DNA from: Auanema rhodensis
Lineage: Eukaryota > Animalia > Nematoda
Length of the DNA: 64,000 bases
NCBI GenBank assembly: GCA_964057225.1
Contig: CAXKVF010000085.1
Span: 1 to 64,000, forward strand
Direction: 5' to 3'
Each line of letters starts with the position of its first letter. The stretch's first letter is position 1. The notes below the pieces were generated by a model. It was not told the DNA's origin. It searched no databases and saw only the letters and a list, made by a program, of their open reading frames with translations. Shown here piece after piece: positions 12,101 through 27,156 of the stretch. The position numbers and the translations under genes were made by a program.

Positions 12101-15100
12101 TGGTTCATGGTAACCATGACTTTGAAATTTACGTGAACTTTAATTTATGCTAATTAAATGTACACGTGATGTGCACTTGGTATGTAACTCGCTTCACGTG
12201 AAAGATAAAGAGATGCGGTTTTCAAAATTAGATTCCCCATGTCCATATTAGTCTAAAAACAAATTTTTATTGATATTGGTTCATGGTAACCATGACTTTG
12301 AAATTTACGTGAACTTTAATTTATGCTAATTAAATGTACACGTGATGTGCACTTGGTATGTAACTCGCTTCACGTGAAAGATAAAGAGATGCGGTTTTCA
12401 AAATTAGATTCCCATGTCCATATTAGTCTAAAAACAAATTTTTATTGATATTGGTTCATGGTAACCATGACTTTGAAATTTACGTGAACTTTAATTTATG
12501 CTAATTAAATGTACACGTGATGTGCACTTGGTATGTAACTCGCTTCACGTGAAAGATAAAGAGATGCGGTTTTCAAAATTAGATTCCCCATGTCCATATT
12601 AGTCTAAAACGAAATTTTTATTGATATTGCTTCATGGTAACCATGACTTTGAAATTTACGTGAACTTTAATTTATGCTAATTAAATGTACACGTGATGTG
12701 CACTTGGTATGTAACTCGCTTCACGTGAAAGATAAAGAGATGCGGTTTTCAAAATTAGATTTCCCATGTCCATATTAGTCTAAAAACAAATTTTTATTGA
12801 TATTGGTTCATGGTAACCATGACTTTGAAATTTACGTGAACTTTAATTTATGCTAATTAAATGTACACGTGATGTGCACTTGGTATGTAACTCGCTTCAC
12901 GTGAAAGATAAAGAGATGCGGTTTTCAAAATTAGATTCCCCATGTCCATATTAGTCTAAAAACAAATTTTTATTGATATTGCTTCATGGTAACCATGACT
13001 TTGAAATTTACGTGAACTTTAATTTATGCTAATTAAATGTACACGTGATGTGCACTTGGTATGTAACTCGCTTCACGTGAAAGATAAAGAGATGCGGTTT
13101 TCAAAATTAGATTCCCATGTCCATATTAGTCTAAAAACAAATTTTTATTGATATTGGTTCATGGTAACCATGACTTTGAAATTTACGTGAACTTTAATTT
13201 ATGCTAATTAAATGTACACGTGATGTGCACTTGGTATGTAACTCGCTTCACGTGAAAGATAAAGAGATGCGGTTTTCAAAATTAGATTCCCCATGTCCAT
13301 ATTAGTCTAAAAACAAATTTTTATTGATATTGCTTCATGGTAACCATGACTTTGAAATTTACGTGAACTTTAATTTATGCTAATTAAATGTACACGTGAT
13401 GTGCACTTGGTATGTAACTCGCTTCACGTGAAAGATAAAGAGATGCGGTTTTCAAAATTAGATTCCCCATGTCCATATTAGTCTAAAAACAAATTTTTAT
13501 TGATATTGCTTCATGGTAACCATGACTTTGAAATTTACGTGAACTTTAATTATGCTAATTAAATGTACACGTGATGTGCACTTGGTATGTAACTCGCTTC
13601 ACGTGAAAGATAAAGAGATGCGGTTTTCAAAATTAGATTCCCCATGTCCATATTAGTCTAAAAACAAATTTTTATTGATATTGGTTCATGGTAACCATGA
13701 CTTTGAAATTTACGTGAACTTTAATTTATGCTAATTAAATGTACACGTGATGTGCACTTGGTATGTAACTCGCTTCACGTGAAAGATAAAGAGATGCGGT
13801 TTTCAAATTAGATTCCCCATGTCCATATTAGTCTAAAAACAAATTTTTATTGATATTGGTTCATGGTAACCATGACTTTGAAATTTACGTGAACTTTAAT
13901 TTATGCTAATTAAATGTACACGTGATGTGCACTTGGTATGTAACTCGCTTCACGTGAAAGATAAAGAGATGCGGTTTTTAAAATTAGATTCCCCATGTCC
14001 ATATTAGTCTAAAAAAAATTTTTATTGATATTGGTTCATGGTAACCATGACTTTGAAATTTACGTGAACTTTAATTTATGCTAATTAAATGTACACGTGA
14101 TGTGCACTTGGTATGTAACTCGCTTCACGTGAAAGATAAAGAGATGCGGTTTTCAAAATTAGATTCCCCATGTCCATATTAGTCTAAAAACAAATTTTTA
14201 TTGATATTGGTGCATGGTAACCATGACTTTGAAATTTACGTGAACTTTAATTTATGCTAATTAATGTACACGTGATGTGCACTTGGTATGTAACTCGCTT
14301 CACGTGAAAGATAAAGAGATGCGGTTTTCAAAATTAGATTCCCCATGTCCATATTAGTCTAAAAACAAATTTTTATTGATATTGGTTCATGGTAACCATG
14401 ACTTTGAAATTTACGTGAACTTTAATTTATGCTAATTAAATGTACACGTGATGTGCACTTGGTATGTAACTCGCTTCACGTGAAAGATAAAGAGATGCGG
14501 TTTTCAAAATTAGATTCCCCATGTCCATATTAGTCTAAAAACAAATTTTTATTGATATTGGTTCATGGTAACCATGACTTTGAAATTTACGTGAACTTTA
14601 ATTTATGCTAATTAAATGTACACGTGATGTGCACTTGGTATGTAACTCGCTTCACGTGAAAGATAAAGAGATGCGGTTTTCAAAATTAGATTCCCCATGT
14701 CCATATTAGTCTAAAAACAAATTTTTATTGATATTGGTTCATGGTAACCATGACTTTGAAATTTACGTGAACTTTAATTTATGCTAATTAAATGTACACG
14801 TGATGTGCACTTGGTATGTAACTCGCTTCACGTGAAAGATAAAGAGATGCGGTTTTCAAAATTAGATTCCCCATGTCCATATTAGTCTAAAAACAAATTT
14901 TTATTGATATTGGTTCATGGTAACCATGACTTTGAAATTTACGTGAACTTTAATTTATGCTAATTAAATGTACACGTGATGTGCACTTGGTATGTAACTC
15001 GCTTCACGTGAAAGATAAAGAGATGCGGTTTTCAAAATTAGATTCCCCATGTCCATATTAGTCTAAAACAAATTTTTATTGATATTGGTTCATGGTAACC

Positions 15101-18100
15101 ATGACTTTGAAATTTACGTGAACTTTAATTTATGCTAATTAAATGTACACGTGATGTGCACTTGGTATGTAACTCGCTTCACGTGAAAGATAAAGAGATG
15201 CGGTTTTCAAAATTAGATTCCCCATGTCCATATTAGTCTAAAAACAAATTTTTATTTATATTAGTTCATGGTAACCATGACTTTGAAATTTACGTGAACT
15301 TTAATTTATGCTAATTAAATGTACACGTGATGTGCACTTGGTATGTAACTCGCTTCACGTGAAAGATAAAGAGATGCGGTTTTCAAAATTAGATTCCCCA
15401 TGTCCATATTAGTCTAAAAACAAATTTTTATTGATATTGGTTCATGGTAACCATGACTTTGAAATTTACGTGAACTTTAATTTATGCTAATTAAATGTAC
15501 ACGTGATGTGCACTTGGTATGTAACTCGCTTCACGTGAAAGATAAAGAGATGCGGTTTTCAAAATTAGATTCCCCATGTCCATATTAGTCTAAAAACAAA
15601 TTTTTATTGATATTGGTGCATGGTAACCATGACTTTGAAATTTACGTGAACTTTAATTTATGCTAATTAAATGTACACGTGATGTGCACTTGGTATGTAA
15701 CTCGCTTCACGTGAAAGATAAAGAGATGCGGTTTTCAAAATTAGATTCCCCATGTCCATATTAGTCTTAAAACAAATTTTTATTGATATTGTTCATGGTA
15801 ACCATGACTTTGAAATTTACGTGAACTTTAATTTATGCTAATTAAATGTACACGTGATGTGCACTTGGTATGTAACTCGCTTCACGTGAAAGATAAAGAG
15901 ATGCGGTTTTCAAAATTAGATTCCCCATGTCCATATTAGTCTAAAAACAAATTTTTATTGATATTGGTGCATGGTAACCATGACTTTGAAATTTACGTGA
16001 ACTTTAATTTATGCTAATTAAATGTACACGTGATGTGCACTTGGTATGTAACTCGCTTCACGTGAAAGATAAAGAGATGCGGTTTTCAAAATTAGATTCC
16101 CCATGTCCATATTAGTCTAAAAACAAATTTTTATTGATATTGGTTCATGGTAACCATGACTTTGAAATTTACGTGAACTTTAATTTATGCTAATTAAATG
16201 TACACGTGATGTGCACTTGGTATGTAACTCGCTTCACGTGAAAGATAAAGAGATGCGGTTTTCAAAATTAGATTCCCCATGTCCATATTAGTCTAAAAAC
16301 AAATTTTTATTGATATTGGTTCATGGTAACCATGACTTTGAAATTTACGTGAACTTTAATTTATGCTAATTAAATGTACACGTGATGTGCACTTGGTATG
16401 TAACTCGCTTCACGTGAAAGATAAAGAGATGCGGTTTTTAAAATTAGATTCCCCATGTCCATATTAGTCTAAAAAAAATTTTTATTGATATTGGTTCATG
16501 GTAACCATGACTTGAAATTTACGTGAACTTTAATTTATGCTAATTAAATGTACACGTGATGTGCACTTGGTATGTAACTCGCTTCACGTGAAAGATAAAG
16601 AGATGCGGTTTTCAAATTAGATTCCCCATGTCCATATTAGTCTAAAAACAAATTTTTATTGATATTGGTGCATGGTAACCATGACTTTGAAATTTACGTG
16701 AACTTTAATTTATGCTAATTAAATGTACACGTGATGTGCACTTGGTATGTAACTCGCTTCACGTGAAAGATAAAGAGATGCGGTTTCAAAATTAGATTCC
16801 CCATGTCCATATTAGTCTAAAAACAAATTTTTATTGATATTGGTTCATGGTAACCATGACTTTGAAATTACGTGAACTTTAATTTATGCTAATTAAATGT
16901 ACACGTGATGTGCACTTGGTATGTAACTCGCTTCACGTGAAAGATAAAGAGATGCGGTTTTCAAAATTAGATTCCCCATGTCCATATTAGTCTAAAAACA
17001 AATTTTTATTGATATTGGTTCATGGTAACCATGACTTTGAAATTTACGTGAACTTTAATTTATGCTAATTAAATGTACACGTGATGTGCACTTGGTATGT
17101 AACTCGCTTCACGTGAAAGATAAAGAGATGCGGTTTTCAAAATTAGATTCCCCATGTCCATATTAGTCTAAAAACAAATTTTTATTGATATTGGTTCATG
17201 GTAACCATGACTTTGAAATTTACGTGAACTTTAATTTATGCTAATTAAATGTACACGTGATGTGCACTTGGTATGTAACTCGCTTCACGTGAAAGATAAA
17301 GAGATGCGGTTTTCAAAATTAGATTCCCCATGTCCATATTAGTCTTAAAACAAATTTTTATTGATATTGGTTCATGGTAACCAATGACTTTGAAATTTAC
17401 GTGAACTTTAATTTATGCTAATTAAATGTACACGTGATGTGCACTTGGTATGTAACTCGCTTCACGTGAAAGATAAAGAGATGCGGTTTTCAAAATTAGA
17501 TTCCCCATGTCCATATTAGTCTAAAACAAATTTTTATTTATATTAGTTCATGGTAACCATGACTTTGAAATTTACGTGAACTTTAATTTATGCTAATTAA
17601 ATGTACACGTGATGTGCACTTGGTATGTAACTCGCTTCACGTGAAAGATAAAGAGATGCGGTTTTCAAAATTAGATTCCCCATGTCCATATTAGTCTAAA
17701 AACAAATTTTTATTGATATTGGTTCATGGTAACCATGACTTTGAAATTTACGTGAACTTTAATTTATGCTAATTAAATGTACACGTGATGTGCACTTGGT
17801 ATGTAACTCGCTTCACGTGAAAGATAAAGAGATGCGGTTTTCAAAATTAGATTCCCCATGTCCATATTAGTCTAAAAACAAATTTTTATTGATATTGGTG
17901 CATGGTAACCATGACTTTGAAATTTACGTGAACTTTAATTTATGCTAATTAAATGTACACGTGATGTGCACTTGGTATGTAACTCGCTTCACGTGAAAGA
18001 TAAAGAGATGCGGTTTTCAAAATTAGATTCCCCATGTCCATATTAGTCTTAAAACAATTTTTATTGATATTGGTTCATGGTAACCATGACTTTGAAATTT

Positions 18101-21100
18101 ACGTGAACTTTAATTTATGCTAATTAAATGTACACGTGATGTGCACTTGGTATGTAACTCGCTTCACGTGAAAGATAAAGAGATGCGGTTTTCAAAATTA
18201 GATTCCCCATGTCCATATTAGTCTAAAAACAAATTTTTATTGATATTGGTGCATGGTAACCATGACTTTGAAATTTACGTGAACTTTAATTTATGCTAAT
18301 TAAATGTACACGTGATGTGCACTTGGTATGTAACTCGCTTCACGTGAAAGATAAAGAGATGCGGTTTTCAAATTAGATTCCCCATGTCCATATTAGTCTA
18401 AAAACAAATTTTTATTGATATTGGTTCATGGTAACCATGACTTTGAAATTTACGTGAACTTTAATTTATGCTAATTAAATGTACACGTGATGTGCACTTG
18501 GTATGTAACTCGCTTCACGTGAAAGATAAAGAGATGCGGTTTTCAAAATTAGATTCCCCATGTCCATATTAGTCTAAAAACAAATTTTTATTGATATTGG
18601 TTCATGGTAACCATGACTTTGAAATTTACGTGAACTTTAATTTATGCTAATTAAATGTACACGTGATGTGCACTTGGTATGTAACTCGCTTCACGTGAAA
18701 GATAAAGAGATGCGGTTTTCAAAATTAGATTCCCCATGTCCATATTAGTCTAAAAACAAATTTTTATTGATATTGGTGCATGGTAACCATGACTTTGAAA
18801 TTTACGTGAACTTTAATTTATGCTAATTAAATGTACACGTGATGTGCACTTGGTATGTAACTCGCTTCACGTGAAAGATAAAGAGATGCGGTTTTCAAAA
18901 TTAGATTCCCCATGTCCATATTAGTCTTAAAACAAATTTTTATTGATATTGGTTCATGGTAACCATGACTTTGAAATTTACGTGAACTTTAATTTATGCT
19001 AATTAAATGTACACGTGATGTGCACTTGGTATGTAACTCGCTTCACGTGAAAGATAAAGAGATGCGGTTTTCAAAATTAGATTCCCCATGTCCATATTAG
19101 TCTAAAAACAAATTTTTATTGATATTGGTGCATGGTAACCATGACTTTGAAATTTACGTGAACTTTAATTTATGCTAATTAAATGTACACGTGATGTGCA
19201 CTTGGTATGTAACTCGCTTCACGTGAAAGATAAAGAGATGCGGTTTTCAAAATTAGATTCCCCATGTCCATATTAGTCTAAAAACAAATTTTTATTGATA
19301 TTGGTTCATGGTAACCATGACTTTGAAATTTACGTGAACTTTAATTTATGCTAATTAAATGTACACGTGATGTGCACTTGGTATGTAACTCGCTTCACGT
19401 GAAAGATAAAGAGATGCGGTTTTCAAAATTAGATTCCCCATGTCCATATTAGTCTAAAAACAAATTTTTATTGATATTGGTGCATGGTAACCATGACTTT
19501 GAAATTTACGTGAACTTTAATTTATGCTAATTAAATGTACACGTGATGTGCACTTGGTATGTAACTCGCTTCACGTGAAAGATAAAGAGATGCGGTACTC
19601 AAAATTAGATTCCCCATGTCCATATTAGTCTAAAAACAAATTTTTATTGATATTGGTTCATGGTAACCATGACTTTGAAATTTACGTGAACTTTAATTTA
19701 TGCTAATTAAATGTACACGTGATGTGCACTTGGTATGTAACTCGCTTCACGTGAAAGATAAAGAGATGCGGTTTTCAAAATTAGATTCCCCATGTCCATA
19801 TTAGTCTAAAAACAAATTTTTATTGATATTGGTTCATGGTAACCATGACTTTGAAATTTACTTGAACTTTAATTTATGCTAATTAAATGTACACGTGATG
19901 TGCACTTGGTATGTAACTCGCTTCACGTGAAAGATAAAGAGATGCGGTTTTCAAAATTAGATTCCCCATGTCCATATTAGTCTAAAAACAAATTTTTATT
20001 GATATTGGTTCATGGTAACCATGACTTTGAAATTTACGTGAACTTTAATTTATGCTAATTAAATGTACACGTGATGTGCACTTGGTATGTAACTCGCTTC
20101 ACGTGAAAGATAAAGAGATGCGGTTTTCAAAATTAGATTCTCCATGTCCATATTAGTCTAAAAACAAATTTTTATTGATATTGGTTCATGGTAACCATGA
20201 CTTTGAAATTTACGTGAACTTTAATTTATGCTAATTAAATGTACACGTGATGTGCACTTGGTATGTAACTCGCTTCACGTGAAAGATAAAGAGATGCGGT
20301 TTTCAAAATTAGATTCCCCATGTCCATATTAGTCTAAAAACAAATTTTTATTGATATTGGTTCATGGTAACCATGACTTTGAAATTTACGTGAACTTTAA
20401 TTTATGCTAATTAAATGTATACGTGATGTGCACTTGGTATGTAACTCGCTTCACGTGAAAGATAAAGAGATGCGGTTTTCAAAATTAGATTCCCCATGTC
20501 CATATTAGTCTAAAAACAAATTTTTATTGATATTGGTTCATGGTAACCATGACTTTGAAATTTACGTGAACTTTAATTTATGCTAATTAAATGTACACGT
20601 GATGTGCACTTGGTATGTAACTCGCTTCACGTGAAAGATAAAGAGATGCGGTTTTCAAAATTAGATTCCCCATGTCCATATTAGTCTAAAAACAAATTTT
20701 TATTGATATTGGTGCATGGTAACCATGACTTTGAAATTTACGTGAACTTTAATTTATGCTAATTAAATGTACACGTGATGTGCACTTGGTATGTAACTCG
20801 CTTCACGTGAAAGATAAAGAGATGCGGTTTTCAAAATTAGATTCCCCATGTCCATATTAGTCTAAAAACAAATTTTTATTGATATTGGTTCATGGTAACC
20901 ATGACTTTGAAATTTACGTGAACTTTAATTTATGCTAATTAAATGTACACGTGATGTGCACTTGGTATGTAACTCGCTTCACGTGAAAGATAAAGAGATG
21001 CGGTTTTCAAAATTAGATTCCCCATGTCCATATTAGTCTAAAAACAAATTTTTATTGATATTGGTTCATGGTAACCATGACTTTGAAATTTACGTGAACT

Positions 21101-24100
21101 TTAATTAATGCTAATTAAATGTACACGTGATGTGCACTTGGTATGTAACTCGCTTCACGTGAAAGATAAAGAGATGCGGTTTTCAAAATTAGATTCCCCA
21201 TGTCCATATTAGTCTAAAAACAAATTTTTATTGATATTGGTTCATGCTAACCATGACTTTGAAATTTACGTGAACTTTAATTTATGCTAATTAAATGTAC
21301 ACGTGATGTGCACTTGGTATGTAACTCGCTTCACGTGAAAGATAAAGAGATGCGGTTTTCAAAATTAGATTCCCCATGTCCATATTAGTCTTAAAACAAA
21401 TTTTTATTGATATTGGTTCATGGTAACCATGACTTTGAAATTTACGTGAACTTTAATTTATGCTAATTAAATGTACACGTGATGTGCACTTGGTATGTAA
21501 CTCGCTTCACGTGAAAGATAAAGAGATGCGGTTTTCAAAATTAGATTCCCCATGTCCATATTAGTCTAAAAACAAATTTTTATTGATATTAGTTCATGGT
21601 AACCATGACTTTGAAATTTACGTGAACTTTAATTTATGCTAATTAAATGTACACGTGATGTGCACTTGGTATGTAACTCGCTTCACGTGAAAGATGAAGA
21701 GATGCGGTTTTCAAAATTAGATTCCCCATGTCCATATTAGTCTAAAAACAAATTTTTATTGATATTGGTGCATGGTAACCATGACTTTGAAATTTACGTG
21801 AACTTTAATTTATGCTAATTAAATGTACACGTGATGTGCACTTGGTATGTAACTCGCTTCACGTGAAAGATAAAGAGATGCGGTTTTCAAAATTAGATTC
21901 CCCATGTCCATATTAGTCTAAAAACAAATTTTTATTGATATTGGTACATGGTAACCATGACTTTGAAATTTACGTGAACTTTAATTTATGCTAATTAAAT
22001 GTATACGTGATGTGCACTTGGTATGTAACTCGCTTCACGTGAAAGATAAAGAGATGCGGTTTTCAAAATTAGATTCCCCATGTCCATATTAGTCTAAAAA
22101 CAAATTTTTATTGATATTGGTTCATGGTAACCATGACTTTGAAATTTACGTGAACTTTAATTTATGCTAATTAAATGTATACGTGATGTGCACTTGGTAT
22201 GTAACTCGCTTCACGTGAAAGATAAAGAGATGCGGTTTTCAAAATTAGATTCCCCATGTCCATATTAGTCTAAAAACAAATTTTCATTGATATTGGTTCA
22301 TGGTAACCATGACTTTGAAATTTACGTGAACTTTAATTTATGCTAATTAAATGTACACGTGATGTGCACTTGGTATGTAACTCGCTTCACGTGAAAGATA
22401 AAGAGATGCGGTTTTCAAAATTAGATTCCCCATGTCCATATTAGTCTAAAAACAAATTTTTATTGATATTGGTTCATGGTAACCATGACTTTGAAATTTA
22501 CGTGAACTTTAATTAATGCTAATTAAATGTACACGTGATGTGCACTTGGTATGTAACTCGCTTCACGTGAAAGATAAAGAGATGCGGTTTTCAAAATTAG
22601 ATTCCCCATGTCCATATTAGTCTAAAAACAAATTTTTATTGATATTGCTTCATGGTAACCATGACTTTGAAATTTACGTGAACTTTAATTTATGCTAATT
22701 AAATGTACACGTGATGTGCACTTGGCATGTAACTCGCTTCACGTGAAAGATAAAGAGATGCGGTTTTCAAAATTAGATTCCCCATGTCCATATTAGTCTA
22801 AAAACAAATTTTTATTGATATTGGTGCATGGTAACCATGACTTTGAATTTTACGTGAACTTTAATTTATGCTAATTAAATGTACACGTGATGTGCACTTG
22901 GTATGTAACTCGCTTCACGTGAAAGATAAAGAGATGCGGTTTTCAATATTAGATTCCCCATGTCCATATTAGTCTAAAAACAAATTTTTATTGATATTGG
23001 TTCATGGTAACCATGACTTTGAAATTTACGTGAACTTTAATTTATGCTAATTAAATGTACACGTGATGTGCACTTGGTATGTAACTCGCTTCACGTGAAA
23101 GATAAAGAGATGCGGTTTTCAAAATTAGATTCCCCATGTCCATATTAGTCTAAAAACAAATTTTTATTGATATTGGTGCATGGTAACCATGACTTTGAAA
23201 TTTACGTGAACTTTAATTTATGCTAATTAAATTTACACGTGATGTGCACTTGGTATGTAACTCGCTTCACGTGAAAGATAAAGAGATGCGGTTTTCAAAA
23301 TTAGATTCCCCATGTCCATATTAGTCTAAAAACAAATTTTTATTGATATTGGTTCATGGTAACCATGACTTTGAAATTTACGTGAACTTTAATTTATGCT
23401 AATTAAATGTACACGTGATGTGCACTTGGTATGTAACACGCTTCACGTGAAAGATAAAGAGATGCGGTTTTCAAAATTAGATTCCCCATGTCCATATTAG
23501 TCTAAAAACAAATTTTTATTGATATTGGTGCATGGTAACCATGACTTTGAAATTTACGTGAACTTTAATTTATGCTAATTAAATGTACACGTGATGTGCA
23601 CTTGGTATGTAACTCGCTTCACGTGAAAGATGAAGAGATGCGGTTTTCAAAATTAGATTCCCCATGTCCATATTAGTCTAAAAACAAATTTTTATTGATA
23701 TTGGTGCATGGTAACCATGACTTTGAAATTTACGTGAACTTTAATTTATGCTAATTAAATGTACACGTGATGTGCACTTGGTATGTAACTCGCTTCACGT
23801 GAAAGATAAAGAGATGCGGTTTTCAAAATTAGATTCCCCATGTCCATATTAGTCTAAAAACAAATTTTTATTGATATTGGTTCATGGTAACCATGACTTT
23901 GAAATTTACGTGAACTTTAATTTATGCTAATTAAATGTACACGTGATGTGCACTTGGTATGTAACTCGCTTCACGTGAAAGATAAAGAGATGCGGTTTTC
24001 AAAATTAGATTCCCCATGTCCATATTAGTCTAAAAACAAATTTTTATTGATATTGGTGCATGGTAACCATGACTTTGAAATTTACGTGAACTTTAATTTA

Positions 24101-25657
24101 TGCTAATTAAATGTACACGTGATGTGCACTTGGTATGTAACTCGCTTCACGTGAAAGATGAAGAGATGCGGTTTCCAAAATTAGATTCCCCATGTCCATA
24201 TTAGTCTAAAAACAAATTTTTATTGATATTGGTGCATGGTAACCATGACTTTGAAATTTACGTGAACTTTAATTTATGCTAATTAAATGTACACGTGATG
24301 TGCACTTGGTATGTAACTCGCTTCACGTGAAAGATAAAGAGATGCGGTTTTCAAAATTAGATTCCCCATGTCCATATTAGTCTAAAAACAAATTTTTATT
24401 GATATTGGTTCATGGTAACCATGACTTTGAAATTTACGTGAACTTTAATTTATGCTAATTAAATGTACACGTGATGTGCACTTGGTATGTAACTCGCTTC
24501 ACGTGAAAGATAAAGAGATGCGGTTTTCAAAATTAGATTCCCCATGTCCATATTAGTCTAAAAACAAATTTTTATTGATATTGGTTCATGGTAACCATGA
24601 CTTTGAAATTTACGTGAACTTTAATTAATGCTAATTAAATGTACACGTGATGTGCACTTGGTATGTAACTCGCTTCACGTGAAAGATAAAGAGATGCGGT
24701 TTTCAAAATTAGATTCCCCATGTCCATATTAGTCTAAAAACAAATTTTTATTGATATTGGTTCATGGTAACCATGACTTTGAAATTTACGTGAACTTTAA
24801 TTAATGCTAATTAAATGTACACGTGATGTGCACTTGGTATGTAACTCGCTTCACGTGAAAGATAAAGAGATGCGGTTTTCAAAATTAGATTCCCCATGTC
24901 CATATTAGTCTAAAAACAAATTTTTATTGATATTGGTGCATGGTAACCATGACTTTGAAATTTACGTGAACTTTAATTTATGCTAATTAAATGTACACGT
25001 GATGTGCACTTGGTATGTAACTCGCTTCACGTGAAAGATAAAGAGATGCGGTTTTCAAAATTAGATTCCCCATGTCCATATTAGTCTAAAAACAAATTTT
25101 TATTGATATTGGTGCATGGTAACCATGACTTTGAAATTTACGTGAACTTTAATTTATGCTAATTAAATGTACACGTGATGTGCACTTGGTATGTAACTCT
25201 TTTCACGTGAAAGATAAAGAGATGCGGTTTTCAAAATTAGATTCCCCATGTCCATATTAGTCTAAAAACAAATTTTTATTGATATTGGTTCATGGTAACC
25301 ATGACTTTGAAATTTACGTGAACTTTAATTTATGCTAATTAAATGTACACGTGATGTGCACTTGGTATGTAACTCGCTTCACGTGAAAGATAAAGAGATG
25401 CGGTTTTCAAAATTAGATTCCCCATGTCCATATTAGTCTAAAAACAAATTTTTATTGATGTTGGTGCATGGTAACCATGACTTTGAAATTTACGTGAACT
25501 TTAATTTATGCTAATTAAATGTACACGTGATGTGCACTTGGTATGTAACTCGCTTCACGTGAAAGATAAAGAGATGCGGTTTTCAAAATTAGATTCCCCA
25601 TGTCCATATTAGTCAAAAAACAAATTTTTATTGATATTGGTTCATGGTAACCATGAC

Positions 25658-25746
25658 TTTGAAATTTACGTGAACTTTAATTTATGCTAATTAAATGTAC
25701 ACGTGATGTGCACTTGGTATATAACTCGCTTCACGTGAAAGATAAC
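25658..25746 (+). repeat. Truncated 89-bp monomer (87-bp deletion), copy 1 of 6
   Basis: ...gaaagataacgaga|aaatttacgtg...: monomer position 93 joins position 5 of the next unit at 25750/25751, deleting positions 94-176 and 1-4. Confidence 0.95.
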
Positions 25747-26274
25747 GAGAAAATTTACGTGAACTTTAATTTATGCTAATTAAATGTACACGTGATGTGC
25801 ACTTGGTATGTAACTCGCTTCACGTGAAAGATAAAGAGATGCGGTTTTCAAAATTAGATTCCCCATGTCCATATTAGTCTAAAAACAAATTTTTATTGAT
25901 ATTAGTTCATGGTAACCATGACTTTGAAATTTACGTGAACTTTAATTTATGCTAATTAAATGTACACGTGATGTGCACTTGGTATGTAACTCGCTTCACG
26001 TGAAAGATAAAGAGATGCGGTTTTCCAAATTAGATTCCCCATGTCCATATTAGTCTAAAAACAAATTTTTATTGATATTGGTTCATGGTAACCATGACTT
26101 TGAAATTTACGTGAACTTTAATTAATGCTAATTAAATGTACACGTGATGTGCACTTGGTATGTAACTCGCTTCACGTGAAAGATAAAGAGATGCGGTTTT
26201 CATAATTAGATTCCCCATGTCCATATTAGTCTAAAAACAAATTTTTATTGATATTGCTTCATGGTAACCATGAC

Positions 26275-26363
26275 TTTGAAATTTACGTGAACTTTAATTT
26301 ATGCTAATTAAATGTACACGTGATGTGCACTTGGTATGTAACTCGCTTCACGTGAAAGATAAC
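26275..26363 (+). repeat. Truncated 89-bp monomer, copy 2 of 6
   Basis: Identical junction gataacgagaaaatttacg, 617 bp (89+3x176) after copy 1. Confidence 0.95.
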
Positions 26364-27067
26364 GAGAAAATTTACGTGAACTTTAATTTATGCTAATTAA
26401 ATGTACACGTGATGTGCACTTGGTATGTAACTCGCTTCACGTGAAAGATAAAGAGATGCGGTTTTCAAAATTAGATTCCCCATGTCCATATTAGTCTAAA
26501 AACAAATTTTTATTGATATTAGTTCATGGTAACCATGACTTTGAAATTTACGTGAACTTTAATTTATGCTAATTAAATGTACACGTGATGTGCACTTGGT
26601 ATGTAACTCGCTTCACGTGAAAGATAAAGAGATGCGGTTTTCAAAATTAGATTCCCCATGTCCATATTAGTCTAAAAACAAATTTTTATTGATATTGGTT
26701 CATGGTAACCATGACTTTGAAATTTACGTGAACTTTAATTAATGCTAATTAAATGTACACGTGATGTGCACTTGGTATGTAACTCGCTTCACGTGAAAGA
26801 TAAAGAGATGCGGTTTTCAAAATTAGATTCCCCATGTCCATATTAGTCTAAAAACAAATTTTTATTGATATTGCTTCATGGTAACCATGACTTTGAAATT
26901 TACGTGAACTTTAATTTATGCTAATTAAATGTACACGTGATGTGCACTTGGTATGTAACTCGCTTCACGTGAAAGATAAAGAGATGCGGTTTTCAAAATT
27001 AGATTCCCCATGTCCATATTAGTCTAAAAACAAATTTTTATTGATATTGGTTCATGGTAACCATGAC

Positions 27068-27156
27068 TTTGAAATTTACGTGAACTTTAATTTATGCTAA
27101 TTAAATGTACACGTGATGTGCACTTGGTATATAACTCGCTTCACGTGAAAGATAAC
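27068..27156 (+). repeat. Truncated 89-bp monomer, copy 3 of 6
   Basis: Identical junction, 793 bp (89+4x176) after copy 2. Confidence 0.95.

Noticed and set aside
330-18400. Individual 1-bp length variants (175/177-bp monomers) as real subfamilies
   Set aside because: Nearly all fall in homopolymers and are restricted to the left 18.4 kb, as expected for long-read consensus error.
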